This document shows, piece after piece, positions 1-8,498 of a DNA stretch of 29,725 nucleotides (position 1 is its first letter; every line of letters begins with the position of its first letter). The DNA is taken from positions 1 through 29,725 of the forward strand of contig CAYQRT010000002.1 of NCBI GenBank assembly GCA_964419695.1, in the 5' to 3' direction. The position numbers and the translations under genes are program-made. This DNA is from an uncultured Spirochaetaceae bacterium. GTDB lineage: Bacteria > Spirochaetota > Spirochaetia > SZUA-6 > RPPD01. The notes under the pieces were generated by a model that had not been told where the DNA came from, did no database searches, and was given only the letters and a program-made list of their open reading frames with translations.

Positions 1-1959
1 GATGGTGCCGGTCGGAGCCACCACGGACACCTGGGCATTGCGGTATCCGTATTGCTCGCCCAGCTTAAGGGCTTCATCCCAGACCCGGTGGGCGGTCGCC
101 AGCAGGTCCCGGGGACAGAGTGCCTGATCCAGCCCCTGGGGCGTGACGCTCAATCCTTCGTATTCGCCGGCCGGGGCGTTGTAGGCGGCCCGCCGATGGT
201 TGCGGATCACGCGCAGCATGTGCTCACGGTTGGCCTGGAAACGGGAGAAGGGGCCGTGTTCCTTGGCCAGCAGGGCCGAGGTGCGGTAGGCTTCACCGGT
301 CATAATCGCGGCCAGCCCCCCGGCCAGGGCGCGGCCCTCGGGAGAATCATAGGGGATACCCAACACCATGAGAAGCGCTCCCAGGTTGGCGTACCCCAAA
401 CCCACGGTGCGATAATCGAAACTCTTGCGGGCAATGGCCTGGCTGGGGAACTGCGCCATGACTATGGAAAGCTCCAGGACCATGGTCCAGAGGCGGACCG
501 CGTGAAGAAAATCGTCGAGTTTGAATTGCTGCTTATCAGCGTCGTAGAAGGTGAGCAGGTTGAGGGAGGCCAGGTTGCAGGCGGTATCATCCAGGAACAT
601 GTATTCCGAACAGGGATTGGAGGCGCGGATCTCCCCGTCCTCCGGGCACGTATGCCATTCATTGATGGTTGAATGGTATTGCAGCCCCGGGTCCGCGCAC
701 TTCCAGGCGGCCATCCCGATTTCCTCCCACAGCGAACGAGCCGGCTGGGTACGCAGCGGGTCCTTGTCCGTACGGCGCGTGACCGCGGTCTCCCCGCCGT
801 CGCGAACGGCCTGCATGAAGGCGCTGTCGATGCGCACCGAGTTGTTGGAAGACTGGCCGCTGACGGTGTTGTAGGCCTCACCGTCCCATTCGGTGGTATA
901 GGCGGGCATATCCTGGTGCGCCCGCCCCTGCCGGGCCAGTTCGAGGACCTGGAAGACGAAGGTGGGAGGAATATGGTCGTCGAGCGCGCCCTGGAGGGCG
1001 TTGTAGAGGAGCGAGTTTTTTCCCGGGTCGAATCGTTCCTCCGGAGTCAGGTGGCGGGCTTTTCCGTCCACGGCGGCCAGGATGGCGGCGCAGTGTTCCC
1101 GGATTACCGTGCTGCCGGTCACCAGAGATGCCACCTTGTAGTCTTCTTCCACCTTCCAGTCGATGAATTTTTGAATGTCCGGATGGTCGGCGTCCAGGGT
1201 CACCATGCGCGCGGCGCGCCGGGTGGTGCCTCCGCTCTTGATGGCCGAGGCCGACCGGTCGCCCACGCGCAGGAAGGACAACAGGCCCGAGGAGACGCCG
1301 CCCCCGCTCAAGGGTTCGTCCTTGCCGCGCAGGCTGGAATAGTTGGTCCCCGTTCCCGATCCGTATTTGAACAGCCGGGCCTCCCGGGTGATCAGGTCCA
1401 TGATGCCATTGTCATTGACCAGGTTGTCATCCACCGAGAGAATGAAACAGGCGTGTGGCTGGGGCCGCTCGTAGGCGCTTTTTGATTTTTCCACCCGATT
1501 GGTATCAGGATCCACGTAATAGTGACCCTGGGGGGGGCCGGCGATGCCGTAGGCCGCGAACAGGCCGGTATTGAACCACTGGGGGGAGTTGGGAGCGGCC
1601 ATCTGGCGGGCGAGCATGGCGCACATTTCGTCGTAGAAAGCGTCGGCGTCCTCGTCGGAATCGAAATAATTGTATCTTGTGCCCCATTCTTTCCATGTCA
1701 GGGCCAGCCGGTGAAACACCTGCCGCGCGTCGGTTTCGCCGCCCGTTTTCCCATCGGCTCCGGGAACGCCTGTTTTGCGGAAATACTTCTGGGCGATGAT
1801 GTCGACAGAAATCTGATTCCATGTCTCGGGAACCATGATTTTTTCCTGGCGGAAAATGATCCTTCCGTCCAGGTTTTTTATTTCGCTCGTCCGTTCGCTG
1901 AATCGCACTTGATCATATGGCCCCACGCCCTTTTTGCTGAACCGCCGTTCGATCTTCAC
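1..1959 (-). CDS. nrdJ: Class II (adenosylcobalamin-dependent) ribonucleotide reductase, 5' part only (continues beyond the left edge; absent from the ORF track)
   Basis: Manual translation from GTG at 1959 (GGAGG RBS at 1966-1970): MKIERRFSKKG...VPETWNQISVDIIAQKYFRK, APNSPQWFNTG, PQPHACFI (Cys171), FKYGSGTG, SGGTTRRAA, ASNPCSEY (N448/C450/E452), GLGYANLG, and VAPTGTI at the edge. Open frame throughout, no N-terminal ATP cone. Confidence 0.96.
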   Translation of the reverse strand, partial: MKIERRFSKKGVGPYDQVRFSERTSEIKNLDGRIIFRQEKIMVPETWNQISVDIIAQKYFRKTGVPGADGKTGGETDARQVFHRLALTWKEWGTRYNYFDSDEDADAFYDEMCAMLARQMAAPNSPQWFNTGLFAAYGIAGPPQGHYYVDPDTNRVEKSKSAYERPQPHACFILSVDDNLVNDNGIMDLITREARLFKYGSGTGTNYSSLRGKDEPLSGGGVSSGLLSFLRVGDRSASAIKSGGTTRRAARMVTLDADHPDIQKFIDWKVEEDYKVASLVTGSTVIREHCAAILAAVDGKARHLTPEERFDPGKNSLLYNALQGALDDHIPPTFVFQVLELARQGRAHQDMPAYTTEWDGEAYNTVSGQSSNNSVRIDSAFMQAVRDGGETAVTRRTDKDPLRTQPARSLWEEIGMAAWKCADPGLQYHSTINEWHTCPEDGEIRASNPCSEYMFLDDTACNLASLNLLTFYDADKQQFKLDDFLHAVRLWTMVLELSIVMAQFPSQAIARKSFDYRTVGLGYANLGALLMVLGIPYDSPEGRALAGGLAAIMTGEAYRTSALLAKEHGPFSRFQANREHMLRVIRNHRRAAYNAPAGEYEGLSVTPQGLDQALCPRDLLATAHRVWDEALKLGEQYGYRNAQVSVVAPTGTI

Positions 1960-2070
1960 GTTTGTCCTCCCCGTCTGCGTTTCGAGATCCGTATTATGTG
2001 AGTGAAAAACGCCCCTGAATACGCGGACACCATAACGCGTTTTTTCCTTGAAGTTTATTTTGGCATATTG

Positions 2071-2099
2071 AGTATAAGAATTGTCCGGCGGATGTTCAA
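2071..2099 (-). promoter_or_regulatory. Sigma70-type promoter for nrdJ
   Basis: Minus strand TTGAAC-17 nt-TATACT, about 110 nt upstream of the start codon. Confidence 0.55.
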
Positions 2100-2128
2100 G
2101 CCGGAGGCGAAAGACGAATGAGGCATGA

Positions 2129-2156
2129 GCGGGACGTGAGGATGGTCCCGTTTTTT
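2129..2156 (+). terminator. Intrinsic terminator-like hairpin with its U-tract on the plus strand
   Basis: CGGGAC-9 nt-GTCCCG followed by TTTTTT; both flanking genes are on the minus strand. Confidence 0.45.
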
Positions 2157-2166
2157 CAACCACCCG

Positions 2167-2844
2167 CTAGGGTGCGTAGTAGAAGGGGCCGTTGAGCACC
2201 CCATAGTAGACGTCCGGCTGTTTGGCGTATACGTAATACGTGAACCCCCCGGACAGCCGCTCCTGATTGCGTGAGATGATGGCGGCAACCTCTATTGATT
2301 TTTTGGGCAAAGGGAGCCTGGCCATAAACTGGTCATTGGAGTCATAGACCCATATTTCCGGGCTTGGGAAATTACCCTCCACAAAGAGTTGGGAACCGTC
2401 AAGACGCGGCACGGGAAAACGGGCATTGGACGTCTCCACGTTCGCTTTTTTGATGTAGATCTGTGATGCCACTTTTTTTCCGCTCAGGTCCTCAAGCACC
2501 ACCCGGTAGGAACCTGCGGGCAGAGACTGACCGTAGGGCATGGCAAACCCGCTCGATCCCACCCATTCGCTGTTGCGGATCACGGCTTTCTCCCATTTTT
2601 CCGCCGGCACAGACCAGTAGATCTCCTGGTCGTCATTGATCACATGGAGGAAGCCCAGATCTTTGGCGCCGTCCTTGTCGCTGGCGGCCACGTAGAGCGA
2701 TAATTTCTGGTAGGTGGCGTTCAGCAATTTATTGTGGAAGAGGATCACCTGCCATTCGATGCCGCTCATCTGCGGCGGGTTATCCGAGCAGGACAAAAGC
2801 AGGAGGGGCAGGCAGACGGCGAAAGTCAGGCGAAATCTGCTCAT
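2167..2844 (-). CDS. Hypothetical lipoprotein
   Basis: Basic N-terminus, hydrophobic stretch and lipobox LLLSC at Cys19; ATGA overlap with the hisC stop. Confidence 0.75.
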   Translation of the reverse strand: MSRFRLTFAVCLPLLLLSCSDNPPQMSGIEWQVILFHNKLLNATYQKLSLYVAASDKDGAKDLGFLHVINDDQEIYWSVPAEKWEKAVIRNSEWVGSSGFAMPYGQSLPAGSYRVVLEDLSGKKVASQIYIKKANVETSNARFPVPRLDGSQLFVEGNFPSPEIWVYDSNDQFMARLPLPKKSIEVAAIISRNQERLSGGFTYYVYAKQPDVYYGVLNGPFYYAP

Positions 2845-3950
2845 GACGCAAGCACCTCGTCCAGGGCGGCCAGAAACACCTGGTTCTGCTCATGCGTGCC
2901 GATGGTTACGCGGATGCAATCGCGGATGAGCGGGTGGGAAGGCGCCCGGACGATCACGCCCCGCTCCAGGAGTCGTTCGCAAAGCTCCCGCCCGTCGCGG
3001 CCCACATTGATCAGGATGAAATTGGTGGCCGTGGGCAGGGGCTTCAGGCCGCGCTGCTTGAGCTCCGTGGCCAGGAATCCCTTTTCGCGCGTATTCAATT
3101 CAATACTCCGCGTATAGAACGTTTCATCCCCCACGGCGGCCGCGGCGGCGATCTGGGCCAGGACGGAAACGTCAAAGGGAGGCCGCACCCGGTACATCAT
3201 CTTGACCAGCTTCACGGCGCCCACGCCGTAGCCCACGCGTACGCCGGCCAGGCCGTAGATCTTGGAAAAGCTGCGGATCAGAAAGAGGTTATCCCTCCCC
3301 TCCCGGATCAGGTTCAAGGTGTCGGGGAAAGCAGCCGTTTCGGCGAAATCAGCGTACACCTCGTCATGGATACAAAAAACGTCCTCCGGCACGCGCCGGT
3401 AGAAATCATCGAAGGCTTTTTTATCGATTAACGCTCCGGTGGGATTATTGGGATTGGCGATCCAGATCATCTTGGTCCGGGGAGTGATGCGGGAAAGCAC
3501 GTCGTCCAGGTCGATGGCGAGATGTTTCATGGGAGAGCGGACGATCGTTCCGCGCATGGCGCGGACGGCTATTTCGTAATACGGGAAGGTCAGGTCCGGG
3601 ATCACGGCTTCGTCATCCTGATCCAGCATGGCCATGGCGCAGGCGTAGATGATGCCGTCGCCGCCGTTGCCCAGAATGATGTTATCCGGACTGATGCGGA
3701 GCCGTTGGGCCAGGGCCAGCCGCGCCTCCCGGCCGCTGACTTCCGGGTAGGCGAAACCCTCGGCCGCGCGCCGGCCCAAGGCCGCCAAGGCGGCGGGGGA
3801 CATGCCCAAGGGGTTCTCATTGGAGGCCAGTTTAATAAAGTCCGCGCTTGGCCCGCGCCCCTCGGTTACGGCTTCAGAGACGGTTTTACCCGGTTCGTAA
3901 GGAGTGATGCCGAGGAGGCCGGGATTGAGCCGGCTTCCCAGATTTTTCAT
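2841..3950 (-). CDS. hisC: Histidinol-phosphate aminotransferase
   Basis: IKLASNENPLG, GNGGD, NPNNPTG, DEVY, SFSKIYGLAGVRVGY (PLP lysine), RVTIGT. Confidence 0.92.
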   Translation of the reverse strand: MKNLGSRLNPGLLGITPYEPGKTVSEAVTEGRGPSADFIKLASNENPLGMSPAALAALGRRAAEGFAYPEVSGREARLALAQRLRISPDNIILGNGGDGIIYACAMAMLDQDDEAVIPDLTFPYYEIAVRAMRGTIVRSPMKHLAIDLDDVLSRITPRTKMIWIANPNNPTGALIDKKAFDDFYRRVPEDVFCIHDEVYADFAETAAFPDTLNLIREGRDNLFLIRSFSKIYGLAGVRVGYGVGAVKLVKMMYRVRPPFDVSVLAQIAAAAAVGDETFYTRSIELNTREKGFLATELKQRGLKPLPTATNFILINVGRDGRELCERLLERGVIVRAPSHPLIRDCIRVTIGTHEQNQVFLAALDEVLAS

Positions 3951-4008
3951 ACCGACCCAGACTATTATTTTTAAAAGCCTTTGTATAGGGGGACGCGGGC
4001 CGGTCCGT

Positions 4009-4038
4009 TTGTAATATCTACGGCGGGTATGCTATACT
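4009..4038 (+). promoter_or_regulatory. Sigma70 promoter with extended -10
   Basis: TTGTAA-18 nt-TATACT, with TG-C immediately before the -10 hexamer. Confidence 0.5.
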
Positions 4039-4093
4039 AGTGAGAGGAGGATAAAGGGGTTGCCTTGCCGGGCCAACCTTCCGATATAGTGTA

Positions 4094-5341
4094 ATGATGA
4101 GAAGAATACCCTATTATGTTATACCCTGTCTGGCGTCGCTCCTCTTGGTGGTAAGCCCCTTGGCCGCTCAAACGGAAACCACCGACATTTTCGCGCCCTT
4201 CGTGTCGCGGTTGAGCGTAAATGCGGACACCACGCGCGTCTTCCTTTCCTGGAAAAATTCAGAGGATCTTGCCGGGTTCAAACGCATATACCGGTCCTCC
4301 TCCGAGATCACCGATGCCACTTTCGCCAACGCCTCCCTGATCGCGCGGGTGGCGCCGGAAGTCGAGTCGTACATCGACACGCCGCCCGCGGGGCGGCGTT
4401 TCTTCTACGCGGTCATTGTGGAAGATAAAAATGGGGAACCGTATAATGTTTTCATCCCCTACCGCAACAAAACGATCGCCGGCGTGCGCCTCGAGGAAAA
4501 AGTGGCGGAACGGGACACGGCCGCCACCGTTACGGGGCTGGACGCCTCGGTGGCCGACGGAACTGTCACCCTGCGGTTCACCACCTCCAATCCCGGCAGG
4601 GAACTCATGCTCTACCGAAGCACCTCGCCCATCACCGGCTACCAGGACCTGACCCAGGCTTCGTATTCGATCATCCTGCCCGCGGGCACGGTGCGCACCA
4701 CCGACATGCCGCTGGCCGGCGTCGAATATTATTACGCGGTAGTGGACGCCGACATGTTGAATGCGGGAAAAGCCGTGTTCACCCCCGGGGAGAACGCCAC
4801 GGCGCAATCGGTTCACATCCCCCTGATGGAGGGAATCGCCAGGACGGAAACCATCCCGCCCCGCATCTATCCCCTGCCCGCCCCCCATATTCTCTACGCC
4901 CTGGATACGGGCAAGGAACTGCTCCCCCCCCTGCCGTTTCTGCTTCCTCCCACCATGCGTCTTCCACCGTCCGTGGAGGAAAAAGTGGACCGGATCGCGG
5001 CGCACATCCGGCACCATGAGGCCGTATTGAAATTCGAACTGCTGCCGTTTGACGAGGGCCCGAACCTGGAAGGGGAAGACGCCGCGCTGCAAACCATCGC
5101 CGTGGCCGCGGGCACGGGCGACTACAAGGCCTCGGCTGAAAGCCTGAACCACTTCTTGAGCACCCGGCATTCCCCCGCCACCGAAGCCCGGGCGCGGTTT
5201 TATCTGGGACAGGCATATTACCTGCGCGGCCAATACCGCGAGGCGCTGAAGGAGTTCGTGTTCGCCAATGCCGCCTTCTACGTGGAAACGCAGCCATGGA
5301 TCGACGCCTGTCTGGAAAAGCTGTACACCAGGAACAAGTAG
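4094..5341 (+). CDS. Secreted protein with two FN3-like beta repeats, a Pro-rich linker and a C-terminal TPR
   Basis: Signal peptide (…SPLAA/Q); two repeats of pattern L.W/F…IYRS..IT…D.P..G..Y/FYAV; TPR-like ARFYLGQAYYLRGQYREALKEF. Confidence 0.75.
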   Translation: MMRRIPYYVIPCLASLLLVVSPLAAQTETTDIFAPFVSRLSVNADTTRVFLSWKNSEDLAGFKRIYRSSSEITDATFANASLIARVAPEVESYIDTPPAGRRFFYAVIVEDKNGEPYNVFIPYRNKTIAGVRLEEKVAERDTAATVTGLDASVADGTVTLRFTTSNPGRELMLYRSTSPITGYQDLTQASYSIILPAGTVRTTDMPLAGVEYYYAVVDADMLNAGKAVFTPGENATAQSVHIPLMEGIARTETIPPRIYPLPAPHILYALDTGKELLPPLPFLLPPTMRLPPSVEEKVDRIAAHIRHHEAVLKFELLPFDEGPNLEGEDAALQTIAVAAGTGDYKASAESLNHFLSTRHSPATEARARFYLGQAYYLRGQYREALKEFVFANAAFYVETQPWIDACLEKLYTRNK

Positions 5342-5407
5342 ACGGAAATGGCAATCAGTACGCATCCACCGTCTTCCATAGTCTCCCTGCGGCCTGTCTC
5401 GATGTGG

Positions 5408-7414
5408 TTACGTTTTCTGAAATGACAACTCCACCGCGCCTTCCCAGGATTCCTGCGGCTCCAGCTGCAGTTCCCAGTAGGGCAGGAGGCATATCCCCTG
5501 AAATTGGTCCTTTCCCTTGCCGTTGACACGCGCGTGAGTAAACAACGCGTGCGAAAAGAGCGAGCACGGCTTGATGGCTGAAAGTTCCACGGTCACCGCG
5601 TTCACCTTATCTTCAATCGACACCTTTTTTACATTGACCCGTTTGCCGCGGGCCGCTTCGATTTCAACCAGCGTCTTTTTGGAGGCGTCGAAGAGGCGGA
5701 GGTTTTCCTTCAGGGGCGAGATGAACGACAGGTTGAGCTCCGTGCCGAAGAGGAAGGATGTTTTTTTCTCGCTGATATTGCAGACCTGAAACCCGACGAC
5801 CACGGCGTTCTTCTTGAACACGTATTGTTTTTCCATCATCACCGCCATCTTGCCGCGGCGTCCGTCCAGCAGGCCCTGGTACGTAAACGAAATCTGCCGC
5901 TGCTCACGCTTCACTTCCTTGAGGTCGTAAGCGGCGCCGGGACAGGGACAAAGTTCCTGAATGTAGTCGGAAAGAAAACGCGCGTCGGAGGTTTTTTTCA
6001 AGCGGAAAAAATGTTCAATGAACGTTTTCCGGGGATAGGCGTCCTCCTCGTACTGCCCGTCCCGATGATATCGTTCACGGATGCGCGACATACTGTCGCA
6101 ATAGTTCCAGGAGACCGGCAGGTAATCGATTTCAAACGCCATGCCGTTCTGACGGTGCAGGTAAACGTTCATGTCGCTGGACTGGTAGAGATGTTCCGGT
6201 TCGCCGTCGAAATCGAAATCGGAGGAAATGATGGACGAAAGAAACGATCCCTTGAGCCGGGTGTATTTTTCCGCATTGATGAAACTTCGGTAGATTTCCT
6301 TGCGCAGGGCGTTGTCATAGATACCCAAGTGCCGGCCGTGCCAGTACCCGTAATGGCATTGCCCCTTCCACAACTCCTCCAAGGCGCTTTTCTTGCGGGA
6401 TTTGTCGCCCCGCAGCTGGTGGACGGTCAGGTGGGTATACATCATCTTGGCGTAGAGCAGGGAACTCTCCCTGTATTTGGTGAAGACTTGTTTGAAGTTA
6501 GAGCCGGAACCATCGTAATCCCGTCCCGTTTTCCCCCCGTTACCGTCCCGCCGGTAGGCGGAGGGCGGCATGGTGGCGCGGTAGACGGCCGGTGAAAACG
6601 TGCCCGGAAAAAAGGCCCGCCGCGTCACCAGGCGCGATTTCAGGTATTCCTGGGGAACGATCGGAAGGATCGTGTCCCGGGTATCCTGCAGGCGGGCAAA
6701 AAACTCCTTGAGCCAGTTTTGATGGCGCCACCGGCTGGAAAGCACCAGTTGACGTGTGTAGCAGTCGCCGTCGATCAGGAGGGAAACGACGCGATCGCCG
6801 TCGGGGGAAGCCTGCTTTTTCAGGAACGCGATCACGTCCCGTGGATTTTTGGTAAACAGAAGCTCCTTGAGACGCATGGCCAGGGGAAAGACGATGATGT
6901 TTTTACCCAGCTCCTCGGTAATATGCGGATAATAGATGTCTTCCGCCCGGCAGTGCGCCTGCCGGAAAGCACCGTCGTTGAGAAAGGTGTATTCGATGCC
7001 GCAGGAGCGGAGAATATGCGGCAGGGAAGACTCCCAGATCTGTCCCGGGAGCCAGGCGCCGCGGGGACGCTTGCCGAAATGCGACCGCAGATAAGTGGTG
7101 AAGAGCTCGATCTGGCCGATCTTGTCGATGGGCGGCACCAGCGGCAGGACCGGATCATAGTATCCGCCCCCCACCAGCTCCACCTGTTTGCGCTTCATCA
7201 TTTCATCCAGCAAATTCAGGTATTCAGGGTGATTTTTCTCCAGAAAGCCCAGGACGATGCCCGAATAATGCAGGGTCACGGGCAGGTGTTCGATTTCGTA
7301 GAGGGTACTTAAAAAGTGCTTGTACGTATCCTGATACACGGCTTCGAATTCATGGTCGCTGAATCCCAAAGGCGCGTGCCAATGCACCCCGAACATGAGG
7401 TGGATTGTTTTCAT
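5408..7414 (-). CDS. GH57 family alpha-amylase/4-alpha-glucanotransferase-like protein; catalytic nucleophile apparently missing
   Basis: HWHAP (CSR-1), LHYSG, VELVGGGYYDPVLP, GAWLPGQIWE, MLAKM-like region, GQCHYGYWHG, DFDFDGEPE; 668 aa fits the three-domain architecture. Confidence 0.88.
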   Translation of the reverse strand: MKTIHLMFGVHWHAPLGFSDHEFEAVYQDTYKHFLSTLYEIEHLPVTLHYSGIVLGFLEKNHPEYLNLLDEMMKRKQVELVGGGYYDPVLPLVPPIDKIGQIELFTTYLRSHFGKRPRGAWLPGQIWESSLPHILRSCGIEYTFLNDGAFRQAHCRAEDIYYPHITEELGKNIIVFPLAMRLKELLFTKNPRDVIAFLKKQASPDGDRVVSLLIDGDCYTRQLVLSSRWRHQNWLKEFFARLQDTRDTILPIVPQEYLKSRLVTRRAFFPGTFSPAVYRATMPPSAYRRDGNGGKTGRDYDGSGSNFKQVFTKYRESSLLYAKMMYTHLTVHQLRGDKSRKKSALEELWKGQCHYGYWHGRHLGIYDNALRKEIYRSFINAEKYTRLKGSFLSSIISSDFDFDGEPEHLYQSSDMNVYLHRQNGMAFEIDYLPVSWNYCDSMSRIRERYHRDGQYEEDAYPRKTFIEHFFRLKKTSDARFLSDYIQELCPCPGAAYDLKEVKREQRQISFTYQGLLDGRRGKMAVMMEKQYVFKKNAVVVGFQVCNISEKKTSFLFGTELNLSFISPLKENLRLFDASKKTLVEIEAARGKRVNVKKVSIEDKVNAVTVELSAIKPCSLFSHALFTHARVNGKGKDQFQGICLLPYWELQLEPQESWEGAVELSFQKT

Positions 7415-7569
7415 GCGGGCCTTCCTCCGGTGGAAACACGTTACTGGTCTGGCGAACGCACACGTTTACGTCGGCCAGGGGTGTTGAGTCTCTCAGAGAC
7501 CGCCCCGCCCGTACCCTGACGAACGCGCGCTTTGTGAGCGTGCCTGATGGCGGTTGTTTCACGGAGAAT

Positions 7570-7597
7570 GAAAAAACCTCCGCCCCAAACGGAGGTT
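7570..7597 (-). terminator. Rho-independent terminator after rnfB
   Basis: Minus strand AACCTCCG-TTTGGGG-CGGAGGTT followed by a T run; a second weaker hairpin plus T5 lies at about 7640-7672. Confidence 0.8.
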
Positions 7598-7676
7598 GTC
7601 TTTCATGCTCCCGGCGCGGACATCCCGTCCGCCGCCGATTTAAAAAGGCGGGCAGGCATCACCCTGGTGCCCGTCT

Positions 7677-8489
7677 TCAGTTGGGAATAATGCAGCGCGG
7701 CGGACATTTTTTCTCCGCCGGCCGGCGATCACCCCGGGCCTGGTAGTCGATCGTGGAAAGGTAATCCGTCACCAGAAAGCCGCCCTCGGGCGAACGTTTC
7801 TCGCATAGTTTACACCCGGTGCAACCCACAGTGCAAGCGTTTTTTGTGGCCGCGCCCGAGTCGTGCGAATTGCAGGCCACGATGACGTCGGCGGATTTGG
7901 GAATGAACCGCATGACTTTGGTGGGACAGACTTCAATACACTTGCCGCAGGCGATGCACCGTTCTTTGTCCACCCAGACCAGACCCTGTTCGTCGTAGGC
8001 GATGCAATCCACGGGACAGACCTTGATGCAGCTGCCTTGTCCCAGGCACCCGTATTTACAGATCTTGTCGCCGCCGCCCAGCAGATACAGAGCCGTACAA
8101 TCCCTGAGTCCCGAATAGACGAAAGCATAGCGGGCGGTGCCCCGGCCGCCGCGGCAATGGACCTGCGTCACCGGCCGGTCCTGGGAATAAGACATTTCCC
8201 GTCCCAGGATGGACGCCAGTTTTGCGGCGGTCTGTTCGCCGCCCGGCGTGCACAGGTCGATGGCCGCACCGGCGTCCTTGACAGCCTTGGCGTAGGCGGC
8301 GCAGCCCGCGTAGCCGCAGGCGCCGCAATTGAGCTGCGGCAGGGCCGCTTCCACTTCCTCCAGCTGTTTATCGCGGGCCACGTGCAGGTAGCGGGAGGCT
8401 ATGGACAGTAGCAGTCCGAACACGACGCCCAAGCCGCTGACCGCAAGCAGTGAGGAAAGGGTTGAAAAAAAAGCGTCCCATGCAGTCAT
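7677..8489 (-). CDS. rnfB: Rnf complex subunit B (polyferredoxin)
   Basis: N-terminal TM helix, LPQLNCGACGYAGC, CTPGG, CKYGCLGQGSCIKVCP, CIACGKCIEVCP. ATG at 8489 preferred over the track's TTG at 8495. Confidence 0.93.
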   Translation of the reverse strand: MTAWDAFFSTLSSLLAVSGLGVVFGLLLSIASRYLHVARDKQLEEVEAALPQLNCGACGYAGCAAYAKAVKDAGAAIDLCTPGGEQTAAKLASILGREMSYSQDRPVTQVHCRGGRGTARYAFVYSGLRDCTALYLLGGGDKICKYGCLGQGSCIKVCPVDCIAYDEQGLVWVDKERCIACGKCIEVCPTKVMRFIPKSADVIVACNSHDSGAATKNACTVGCTGCKLCEKRSPEGGFLVTDYLSTIDYQARGDRRPAEKKCPPRCIIPN

Positions 8490-8498
8490 ATGCAATGC

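Noticed and set aside
1-1959. Intein or intron in nrdJ
   Set aside because: Translation is continuous and collinear with NrdJ motifs; the portion beyond the window cannot be assessed
52-2001. Plus-strand ORFs 52-672, 673-1485, 1522-2001 and short minus-strand ORFs
   Set aside because: Shadow frames of nrdJ in GC-rich DNA; no motifs, while the nrdJ frame carries all catalytic motifs
1990-2070. NrdR box upstream of nrdJ
   Set aside because: Best candidate (ACACCATAACGCGTTT) matches only about 10/16 and has no tandem partner
7440-7510. Glycine riboswitch (CTCTGAGAGA resemblance)
   Set aside because: Lacks the CCGAAG and CUCUCAGG core elements
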